Shown here piece by piece: positions 44,001 through 56,324 of a DNA stretch of 64,000 nucleotides; the first letter of the stretch is position 1, and each line of letters begins with the position of its first letter. The DNA is from Eledone cirrhosa (lineage: Eukaryota). The stretch lies in the NCBI GenBank assembly GCA_964016885.1, contig OZ024749.1, positions 1,674,001 to 1,738,000 on the forward strand. Reading direction: 5' to 3'. The position numbers were made by a program, and so were the translations under genes. The notes below the pieces were generated by a model. The model saw only the letters and a program-made list of their open reading frames with translations. It had not been told where the DNA came from and made no database searches.

Positions 44001-47000
44001 CGGAAATGCAAGCATTTTTTACTGTAAATATTATGTTCGGTATAAAACAATTTCCAAGACTGGAATTACTGGAGCACTGATATAAGGTTTAGTGATTCTT
44101 ATATATCAAGTATTATGCCGAAAACAACGTATTTAAAATTTGCAGTATTTGCACCTGGTCGATACTCCAAGTGCCCCTATTAATTAATTTCACCTGCCCA
44201 TAAAAGTCAAATTTGACCAAAAAAATCAGGTAAAATTATATAATTGTAAATTATTGATATTTAAACATCTACTGACAAAATTTCAAGCCTGCACCTAGAA
44301 AATAAAAAAAATTACAAACAAATAAAATTGATAACCCTCTTGAGTACAATTAACTCAAAATAATGTGAACAGATAAACATGACATTTGACAAATTAATGT
44401 GAATGCTAAATGGTTAAAGTCTATATCTCTGTTATGACATTACCTCTGTTATGGCATTATCTTAAAGCCTATACCTCTGTTATGACATTACCTTAAAGTC
44501 TATATCTCTGTTATGGCATTACCTTAAAGTCTACACCTCTGTTATGACATTACATTAAAGTCTACACCTCTGTTATGACATTACCTTAAAGTCTACACCT
44601 CTGTTATGACATTACCTTAAAGTCTACACCTCTGTTATGACATTACCTTAAAGTCTACACCTCTGTTATGACATTACCTTAAAGTCTACACCTCTGTTAT
44701 GACATTACCTTAAAGTCTATATCTCTGTTATGACATTAGCTTAAAGCCTATATCTCTGTTATGACGTTACCTTAAAGTCTATATCTATGTTATGACATTA
44801 CCTTAAAGTCTACACCTCTGTTATGACATTACCTTAAAGTCTACACCTCTGTTATGACATTACCTTAAAGTCTACACCTCTGTTATGACATTACCTTAAA
44901 GTCTATATCTCTGTTATGACATTAGCTTAAAGCCTATATCTCTGTTATGACGTTACCTTAAAGTCTATATCTCTGTTATGACATTACCTTAAAGTCTACA
45001 CCTCTGTTATGACATTACCTTAAAGCCTATATCTCTGTTATGACATTAGCTTAAAGTCTACACCTCTGTTATGACATTACCTTAAAGTCTACACCTCTGT
45101 TATGACATTACCTTAAAGTCTACACCTCTGTTATGGCATTACCTTAAAGTCTACACCTCTGTTATGACATTGCCTTAAAGTCTACACCTCTGTTATGACA
45201 TTACCTTAAAGTCTATATCTCTGTTATGACATTACCTTAAAGTCTACACCTCTGTTATGACATTGCCTTAAAGTCTACACCTCTGTTATGACATTACCTT
45301 AAAGTCTATATCTCTGTTATGACATTACCTTAAAGTCTACACCTCTGTTATGACATTACCTTAAAGTCTACACCTCTGTTATGGCATTACCTTAAAGTCT
45401 ACACCTCTGTTATGACATTACCTTAAAGTCTATATCTCTGTTATGACATTACCTTAAAGTCTACACCTCTGTTATGACATTACCTTAAAGTCTACACCTC
45501 TGTTATGGCATTACCTTAAAGTCTACACCTCTGTTATGGCATTACCTTAAAGTCTACACCTCTGTTATGACATTACCTTAAAGTCTATATCTCTGTTATG
45601 ACATTACCTTAAAGTCTACACCTCTGTTATGACATTACCTTAAAGTCTACACCTCTGTTATGACATTACCTTAAAGTCTACACCTCTGTTATGACATTAC
45701 CTTAAAGCCTACACCTCCGTTATGGCATTACCTTAAAGTCTACACCTCTGTTATGACATTACCTTAGTCTATATCTCTGTTATGACATTACCTTAAAGTC
45801 TACACCTCTGTTATGACATTACCTTAAAGTCTACACCTCTGTTATGACATTACCTTAAAGTCTATATCTCTGTTATGACATTACCTTAAAGTCTACACCT
45901 TTGTTATGGCATTACCTTAAAGTCTACACCTCTGTTATGACATTACCTTAAAGTCTACACCTCTGTTATGACATTACCTTAAAGTCTACACCTCTGTTAT
46001 GACATTACCTTAAAGTCTATATCTCTGTTATGACATTACCTTAAAGTCTACACCTCTGTTATGGCATTACCTTAAAGTCTACACCTCTGTTATGACATTA
46101 CCTTAAAGTCTATATCTCTGTTATGACATTACCTTAAAGTCTACACCTTTGTTATGGCATTACCTTAAAGTCTACACCTCTGTTATGACATTACCTTAAA
46201 GTCTACACCTCTGTTATGACATTACCTTAAAGTCTATATCTCTGTTATGACATTACCTTAAAGTCTATATCTCTGTTATGACATTACCTTAAAGTCTATA
46301 TCTCTGTTATGACATTACCTTAAAGTCTACACCTCTGTTATGGCATTACCTTAAAGTCTACACCTCTGTTATGACATTACCTTAAAGTCTACACCTCTGT
46401 TATGACATTACCTTAAAGTCTACACCTCTGTTATGACATTACCTTAAAGTCTATATCTCTGTTATGACATTACCTTAAAGTCTACACCTTTGTTATGGCA
46501 TTACCTTAAAGTCTACACCTCTGTTATGACATTACCTTAAAGTCTACACCTCTGTTATGACATTACCTTAAAGTCTACACCTCTGTTATGACATTACCTT
46601 AAAGTCTACACCTCTGTTATGACATTACCTTAAAGTCTACACCTCTGTTATGACATTACCTTAAAGTCTACACCTCTGTTATGACATTACCTTAAAGTCT
46701 ATATCTCTGTTATGACATTACCTTAAAGTCTACACCTCTGTTATGACATTACCTTAAAGTCTATATCTCTGTTATGACATTACCTTAAAGTCTATATCTC
46801 TGTTATGACATTACCTTAAAGTCTATATCTCTGTTATGACATTACCTTAAAGTCTACACCTCTGTTATGGCATTACCTTAAAGTCTACACCTCTGTTATG
46901 ACATTACCTTAAAGTCTACACCTCTGTTATGACATTACCTTAAAGTCTACACCTCTGTTATGACATTACCTTAAAGTCTATATCTCTGTTATGACATTAC

Positions 47001-48672
47001 CTTAAAGTCTACACCTTTGTTATGGCATTACCTTAAAGTCTACACCTCTGTTATGACATTACCTTAAAGTCTACACCTCTGTTATGACATTACCTTAAAG
47101 TCTACACCTCTGTTATGACATTACCTTAAAGTCTACACCTCTGTTATGACATTACCTTAAAGTCTACACCTCTGTTATGACATTACCTTAAAGTCTATAT
47201 CGCTGTTATGACATTACCTTAAAGTCTATATCTCTGTTATGACATTACCTTAAAGTCTACACCTCTGTTATGACATTACCTTAAAGTCTACACCTCTGTT
47301 ATGACATTACCTTAAAGTCTATATCTCTGTTATGACATTACCTTAAAGTCTATATCTCTGTTATGACATTACCTTAAAGTCTATATCTCTGTTATGACAT
47401 TACCTTAAAGTCTACACCTCTGTTATGGCATTACCTTAAAGTCTACACCTCTGTTATGACATTACCTTAAAGTCTACACCTCTGTTATGACATTACCTTA
47501 AAGTCTATATCTCTGTTATGACATTACCTTAAAGTCTATATCTCTGTTATGACATTACCTTAAAGTCTACACCTCTGTTATGACATTACTTTAAAGTCTA
47601 CACCTCTGTTATAACATTACTTTAGTCTATATCTCTGTTATGACATTACCTTAAAGTCTATATCTCTGTTATGACATTACCTTAAAGTCTACACCTCTGT
47701 TATAACATTACCTTAAAGTCTACACCTCTGTTATGACATTACCTTAAAGTCTACACCTCTGTTATGACATTACCTTAAAGTCTATATCTCTGTTATGACA
47801 TTACCTTAAAGTCTACACCTCTGTTATGACATTACCTTAAAGTCTACACCTCTGTTATGACATTACCTTAAAGTCTACACCTCTGTTATGACATTACCTT
47901 AAAGTCTACACCTCTGTTATGACATTACCTTAAAGTCTACACCTCTGTTATGGCATTACCTTAAAGTCTATATCGCTGTTATGACATTACCTTAAAGTCT
48001 ATATCTCTGTTATGACATTACCTTAAAGTCTACACCTCTGTTATGACATTACCTTAAAGTCTATATCGCTGTTATGACATTACCTTAAAGTCTACACCTC
48101 TGTTATGACATTACCTTAAAGTCTACACCTCTGTTATGACATTACCTTAAAGTCTATATCTCTGTTATGACATTACCTTAAAGTCTACACCTCTGTTATG
48201 ACATTACCTTAAAGTCTACACCTCTGTTATGACATTACCTTAAAGTCTACACCTCTGTTTAATAACATTCCCTATGTTATCTGTACCTAAACTATGACAT
48301 TACCTTGAAGTCTGTACCTATGTTATGACACTACCTTGAACAACTTCAGTTGATCATATCCATCCATGAATCTATTTCTCATGGTCTACTACTTCAATTT
48401 TTATTGATTTCTTTTTTTTTTTCGTCAAATACTTTTTTTTCTTGTGTATGACATGTCTCAGGTGGTTATTTGACTGAGATCAGTGGTCAGTTATTGCTAA
48501 GTTATGGGTCAGAAACACACACATACATACATGCACACTTATATACACATATACACACACTCTTTGTGTGCCATCACAGAGCTATAGTAGAAGATACTTG
48601 CCTAAAGGGTCACACAGTGGAACTGTACCCAGAACCATTCCACTATAGTATTACTCCACTCATTGAATCCCT

Positions 48673-48708
<36 letters not shown>

Positions 48709-50776
48709 AGAGAGAGTGAGAAGCTTCTTAAAATATTGTTTTGAATGTAGAAAAATAGTCTAAAAATAGGGTCATATAAGCTGCCTTAACAGAAAAAATG
48801 ATGGACTTGCAGGACTTGAACTCACAACTTCATGCTTGCCAGGCAGAAGTTCTAGCATTATACCAAAGTGCCTGTTACATTTTCTTCCATTATTGGCAGT
48901 ATCGGTAGAGGGTTTGACGCCATGCTTTCCAGCATAGTTACGTCCCTTTATGATCTGAGTTCAAATCCCGCCGAGGTTGACTTTGCCTTTCATCCTTACG
49001 GGGTCGATAAAATAAAGTACCAGTAATGCACTGGGTAATTGCTGGCCTTGTGCCTAAAGTAGAAACAATTATTTAAAGCTATACATAACGAGAGGTAAAC
49101 AAACATGTTCTAGAAACAATGTGGAATTTGAAATTTGAGAAAATTAGGAGCTTCAACAAATTGTTTTGACTAGAAAAAACTAGTCTAAATAATAGGACAT
49201 ATAAGTTGAGGATCCACTTTAACCGTTTACCATTTACATTACTCCATATTTACTATTATATTTTCACAGTAAATATCTCACATAATTATCCTGCATAACA
49301 TTGAATCTATGAGATTTTGATATAATTTATTTTGAGAACAATACCTAAACATAAGTATGAGTGGCTGGTTAGGGCCGGTTTGAACAGAAAGAGATGAGAG
49401 AATTCTGGCCGAATATGGCCAGTTTAAATGCTAAAGGGATAGGAATAGCTGATTAACCCGTCAAAATCCTCTTTTATTTTTCAAGTCAGGTACTTACTGG
49501 TTTATATATTTTGATGAAGCCCCAAGTTACACTGTTAATATTGGTTTATTTCTGTTGTAGCACAAGTTTGTCTGTGACGAGTCAAGAGAATGAAAATCTC
49601 CAACAGGAACATGATCGTCTACTGTTGAGACACAATAAACTATTGGAGGATCTCCAGGAAAGGGAGACACTATTTAAAGCTAAGTTAGTATATATTTACA
49701 TCATCATCATTTCATTTTACGTCCGCTTTTTCCCTGCTTGCAAGGGTGGGACGGGAACTGATTCTGGCTTGATTTCTACAGCTGGATGCCCTTCCTAACA
49801 CCAACCTCATTTACAGTGAGTGCTGGGTGCTTTTTTGCCGTGGCACCTCCACGACCACTTTGTAGTGGAATGATATGGATCCCAGTCCCTATCATCTCAT
49901 TTCTACAGCTGAGTAAACTGGAGCAATGTGAAATAAAGTGTCTTGCTCAAGGAAACAACACCTCACCTGGTCTGAGAATTGAACTCACAACCTTTCGATT
50001 ACATATATATATATATATATATTCATAAATCTATCAATCTATATATTCATCCCTCTCTCTCTCTCTCTCTCCCTCTCTCTCTACGTGAACGGCAAAGCAT
50101 AAACGAACTAAGGGAAAAATTAGAAATAAGAGGGATCAGATGTTGTTTACTCGAGAGAAGACTACGTTGGTATGGTCACGTGATGCGCATGAAAGACGAC
50201 AGCTGTATAAAAAAGTGCAGGGCAATAAAGATAGACGGTAGCCACGGAGTAGGCAGACCCAGAAAAACCTGGGACGACCTGATAAATTCCGACCTCACAC
50301 ACTTACACCTCTCCAAGACAATGTCACTGGACCGAGATCTTTGGCGGTACTCAGTAATAGAGAAGACCCGCCTTACCTAAATACAAAGTAAAACCTACTA
50401 CAGTCAGTAGGCATCTCTAACAAAATACACCCCCCCCCCCCCCCCCCCACCCCATCCACACCGCCCCTTTCAATGTAAATTTATGTTGGTGCCACAACAT
50501 CCAGGCCAAAACAAATGAGATCGTGTAGGTGTCACGACAAAAAAAACACACAGTCCACGCTGTAATGTGGCCGTGTAGGCAACACGGTAAAAACCTCCCA
50601 GTCCACACTGTAAATGTGGTTGGTGTTAGGAAGGGCATCCAGCTGTAGAAAACCCGCCAGACAGTCCTATGCGAGCAAGACATCCACTCTTGCCTCAAGT
50701 GGGAAAACTCCCGTCCAAACCCATGCAAGCGTGGAACACGGACGTTAAACGATGATGATGATGATGATGATGATGA

Positions 50777-50823
<47 letters not shown>

Positions 50824-53800
50824 CACTCAAACATATATATATCTCATCATCATAATTTTACGTTCGCTTTTTCTGTTTGCAAGGGTGGGACGGGTCCTAT
50901 TCAGCATTTCTCTATTCATCACGGTCCTTCATCATCTCCCCCGTGAGCTTTAGCGATCTGATGTCACCTCTCACCACCTCTGCTCATGCTTTTTTGGTCT
51001 TCCTCTACTGCATCTTCCTTCTACTGGGATTTCTTAGCACTTCTTTACCCAGCAGTCATCTTCCATACACATCGCATGTCCATACCAACACAGTCTTCTC
51101 TCCCGCACACTACAGCTTATCCTTCTTTTACACAGTTTCTCTCTCGACTCCTCTATGCTTGGTCGTTCATGCACATTGACATTGCACATCCATCGGAGCT
51201 TGCTTGCTTCACTTCTCTCCAGCCGTTGCATATCCTCCGCAGTTACTGCCCATGTCTCTCTACCATATGCAGCATCGCTCATCTCACACAGGCATCATAT
51301 AACCAACCTTTCGCAGTTTAGTTCCTACTTCTGATGCCTTCAGCATCTCAGCAACTATCCCCGATTGTCCAGCAGCCTTACCACTTTTCATTTCCTTAAT
51401 TGCCTCTTTGATCCTATAGTCGTCAACCTCAATAGCTGGTCCCTCTGTTGAGTCTATTGGGGGTAATTTCTCTCTCTCCCATTCATTCTCAACATTCATC
51501 AGTCTCTCATAATGACAGTTCCAGGCCTCCTCTTTCTGAGCATCAGTAACGCTAAGTGCACCGGCATCATTTCAGACACACTTATCCCCAACAACATCTT
51601 GATTTACACTGACACACTGCCTTGCAATGCGGAACACCTCACGTTTCTGATCTTCTCATCGCAGAACCTTGACAAACCTCCTACTCTCGGCTTCCCTGCG
51701 AGCTAAATATACCTGACAACTAGCCTCTCCCTTAGCAGCTGAGTATCGGTCTCTACACCCCCCATTTTTCCAATCCTTCCATGCTTGTCTTTAATGGCCC
51801 TATCTACTGTGCTGTTCCACCACCAAGTCACCCTCTGTCTGGTTGGAGCTTTGCTCCAGCCACAAGTCTCTTCAGTTGCTTGCAGTAAGTTGTCATGTAA
51901 GAACTTCCAGTTATATTTTATGTTAAACAATTCTAATTTGTCTTCTTTCTTATCATACACATCTTGCAGGGCTTTCCTAAATTATACTCAAGTGGAAGGT
52001 CTTTTAGCTTCCAGACCTTCCTTTTCCATACCTTCCTGTGTGTCACATTTTGTCTCTTATTGAGATGTCACTAATGACTATGTTGGGGGCTACATTCTTC
52101 CCCAGGTTATACCTTAATATTTGACACCATCTGTCTGTCTTGTTGCCTAACAAGAAGTCAATCTGGTTTATGTGCTCGCCTGATTGGTAGGTTATTAGGT
52201 ATTTGGTAGGTTTCCTGAAGTTGGTGTTGCAAATGGTTAGTTCATTCGCATCACAAAATTCAAGAAGTCTCACTCCATTTCTTGAGCCATAACCATGACC
52301 ACCATGTACCCCAGTGTATCCATCCTGGAACTGTCCAACATGACCATTGAAGTCACTTGCTATTATAACTAGGCCTCTGTCCTCTGTCATTATGATTGTC
52401 TCTAGAAGTTGCTCATAAAAGCAGTCCTTTTCTTCTTTACCTAGGCTCGCTTGGAGAGCATAAGTAGAGATAATTGTCAGCAGTCTATTACCTACAACTA
52501 ATCTAATCTAATCTTTCTATCACTAACTCTAACTACCTCTATTGTCTATTGATTCACTTGTCGGTCAGTAAAATGCCTATTCCCCCTAACCCATCATCAT
52601 TACCTACCCAGAAAAGCTTATAGCTAAGATGTTTACCTGCGATTAGTCTTCCAGAGGCACTTCTCCATCTCACCTCTTGCACACAGCACACACCCACATG
52701 CCTTCTCTCCAGCATCTCCGCTATCTCACCAGATCTACGTCTCAGGATACCAACATTAAAGTGGCAACCCTGAGATGTGAAATCTTTTATAGATTTTTCC
52801 TTTTCTGCAAAGAAAAATAATTAGAATCGTTAACATCATTATCACTGTTGTTATGCGATTGCTTGATGAAGGTCAGGGGTTCTTGCACATGGCCGTACCA
52901 GTCACCCCACTACCGTGCGCAGCCCTAACATGGTTAGTGTTATTACTGTTTACGCAGTTATTACTATATTTGTCTGTTGTGCTCATAATTTTTGGAATTA
53001 ATATACTGGTTGGATGCCCTTCCCATCAGCAGCACCACTTTACAGCATGGGCCGCGTGCTTTTATTCATGCCACCAGCACTAGGGAAGTCGTCTTACTGG
53101 ACTTTGGGGGCTTCTCCACTCCGCATCAATTTATTCGGAGTGGTAGCTCTCCTAGACGGGTTAGCTACACTACGGCTTACGGAGCCTTCGTCAGCCCCGT
53201 GACTACTCTAAGTGGATCTGGGTTTAAGGTGCTATATGCAAGAGGAAGTGGCTAGCATACATAAATCTATATATACACCTGTGTGGCTGTTTTGATTTCA
53301 TGTGTAATATTACTAGGTCTAGATCTAAACACTTTAAATTCACTCCACATCGTTCCACATTACATCCGCACTGCACAGCACCGCACTGCACAGCACCGCA
53401 CTGCACAGCACCGCACTGCAAATAACAACTCAACTGTACCTCATTTTATGTTTTAGCCTAGAAAACCTATCTAAACAGAATTCAGCAAAAACCTTGGAAT
53501 TGACTGAAACAATTCAACAGTTGACCTACCAGAATGGATTATTGACTTCTCAATTCAAGGTAAACCTTTTTTACCTGATACTTTTTACATAAAACCCTTT
53601 TCCTAACTCTTTTAGTACCAACTCATTACTGCATCTGATTCTATGGAACAAATCCACCCATTTTAAATAGTTTTGATACAAAACTGAAATCTTCAGATAT
53701 AGTTGTATAATACACCTTTTGTTATGTTGGACCCTCAATAATTGAAATATCTTTAGTAAATCCCTTCAAATCCTTCAGTAGTTACTTCAAATTTACTGTG

Positions 53801-56276
53801 TTTTATTACAATATTATTTATATAACGATGTTGTGTGTATCCCAGTTTTTAGAATAGGTCTGTTGTATCCCTACATGTTGTAAAGGTGACTTGAAGAGTT
53901 GGTGTCAAGAAGGGCATCTGGCTGTAAAACATTGCCTGAAGAAGGACCCCGTGATGAGTATGACATCTATCTTAGGTCCCACAAGGTTAACCTCTGCTTT
54001 AACCAATTCTTCGTTAATTCAAATATGGTGTCATTCATCATCATCATCATACGTCTGCTTTTCCCTGCTTGCAAGGGCGGGATGGGTTCTATTCAGCACA
54101 GCATCTCGCCATTCGTCATGGTCCTTCATTAATTAATTAGAATATGGCTAATGAAAGGATCAAAATTGTTGTTGTTGTTGTAGTAGTATATTTTTGTGGT
54201 CCTCTCTCGTTTCCAATGATCAGTCCTTCATTTGATTCAATTAATGGAACAGCTTGCTTGTGAAATTAATGTGTAAGTGGCTAAATATTCAACAAGCAAG
54301 TGGATTCTCAGGGAGATTCAGCATGACACAGTGTGTGGCAAGGCTGTCCCTATGAATATATAGGTATAACTCATTTTTGTTTACCATCTGAGTGGACAGA
54401 AGCGACATGAAATAATGTGTCTGGTGATTGAACTCACAACCTTATGATCCTGATCCTAGCACCTTAACCACTAACCCATGCACCTTCACATCTTTGTTTT
54501 TGATAGGATTATAGGAACTAGATTATTAGCTTCTAGTACATCCACAATTTTTATATGGTCGTGTAGTTTGTGGTTTTGAAAGGTCTTGGTTTTACTAATC
54601 ATAGATGAGGTCCAGTTCACACATTCAAGACCCTAAAGGACAATAGGACATACGAGTCATATAAAGTGGGATCTGTTTTGAGGTTTCAAGTTCCTTATTT
54701 TTCTGAAAAGCTGCCCTGCCTAAGATTATTCTGTGACTAACTGCAACACTGTTGGATATAAATGTTTCTATATTTGGCACAAGGCCAGCAATTATCCCAG
54801 TGCATTACTGGTGCTTTATTTTATCGACCCTGTAAGGACGAAAAGCAAAGTTAACCTTCGTGAGATTTGAACTCAGACTGTAAAGTCTGTTGGATATAAT
54901 GTGTGTACATTTGTTTATTTACAGGATCAAATCAAGTTTTTGAAGTTGGACCATGATAAAACCCTTGCTCTCCTCCAGCACCAGACAGAATCCAATGAGA
55001 AAGAGATCTACCGTCTCCAGAAAGAACTACACCAACAACAACAGCAACAACAACAGCAACAGTCACCACTGCAGCCATCAGTGGCCACTGTCCAATTTGT
55101 TGGTAAAACACCAGACAGAGACCCAACTGATTCTCCATCTTCGGAATTAACTTCAGACATTCTTCGACATGAAGAACGCCAGCAAGGGGAGGTAAGTCTT
55201 GCTATTTACACAAAATTCTCTCTCTCTCTCCCTTTCTCCCCCTCTCTCACTTTCTCCCTCTCTCTCACTCTCTCTCCCCTCACTCACTCTCTCTGCCCCC
55301 CCCCCCCTCTATATATATATATACAAAGTGTTAAAATGATCAAATTTTAGTTTAGAACATTTATTTGCTGACAATTGTTTTTTCCAGAGGGAAGTCTGGA
55401 ATCATCAGAGCATAAGGAATGTCGAAACATGTTATTAAAATCCTAGTCATTCAGAACATTTAGGGTACATAATTGTTGTTAGTGTCATAGACATCATGTG
55501 GAGAGTCAGCAGTTAACAAGGTGTTATGCTTGAGAGAACACAATTACAGGCAGCACTGGTTGAAGGTGTAAGAAGTATAAGTGAAAAGTACAGGCAAAAA
55601 AGTTATAAGCAAGGAAAAATGTGGGATAGGATAGACATAAGATATCTTAACATTGGAGAACAGTTAATGTTATTGGTGTACAATGCAGAAGTCAAGACAG
55701 TCAATGAGGCATGTATGAGGAAAGAGTTATAATGCAGTTGAAATAAACATATTTTGTGTGGGGTGTTAAAGCATGTTATAATTGTTATAAATGTTTAAGA
55801 CAATGTGCAATTTGTTAGAGAGGCATGTGGTGATAATGTAGGTATTTGTTATGTAAGGTGTAATGCAAAGCACGTTTTTTTTTTGCCTGTACTTTTTACT
55901 TATACTTCTTACAACTTCAACCAGTGCTGCCTGTAATTGTGTTCTCTCAAGCAAAACATCTTTTTAACTGCTGACTCTCCACATGATGTCTATGACACTA
56001 ACAACAATTATGTACCCTAAATGTTCTGAATGACTAGGATTTTAGTCACATGTTTCGACATTCCCTATGCTCTGATGATTCCAGACTTCCCCCTGGAAGA
56101 AACAATTGTCAGCAAATAAATGTTCTAAACTAAAATTTGATCGTTTTAACACTTTGTATCTTGGTTCTGTAAAACACTTGAAAATTTTGCATTGAGCCTT
56201 TTGTCATACCTGTAACTGGCTAGTACTACCACCCTCCATATTTATAGTTGTATTAAACATATATAAATATTGTTAT

Positions 56277-56324
<48 letters not shown>

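Larger units (their letters stand above)
55321..56159. mobile_element. Penelope-like inverted pseudo-LTR pair (~280-bp arms) carrying hammerhead motifs
   Basis: 55321-55601 is the reverse complement of ~55879-56159. Confidence 0.8.

Noticed and set aside
43243-48340. CRISPR-like appearance of the 31-47 bp arrays (also 32163, 34271, 60609)
   Set aside because: Head-to-tail units with no unique spacers, no cas genes and a eukaryotic context.
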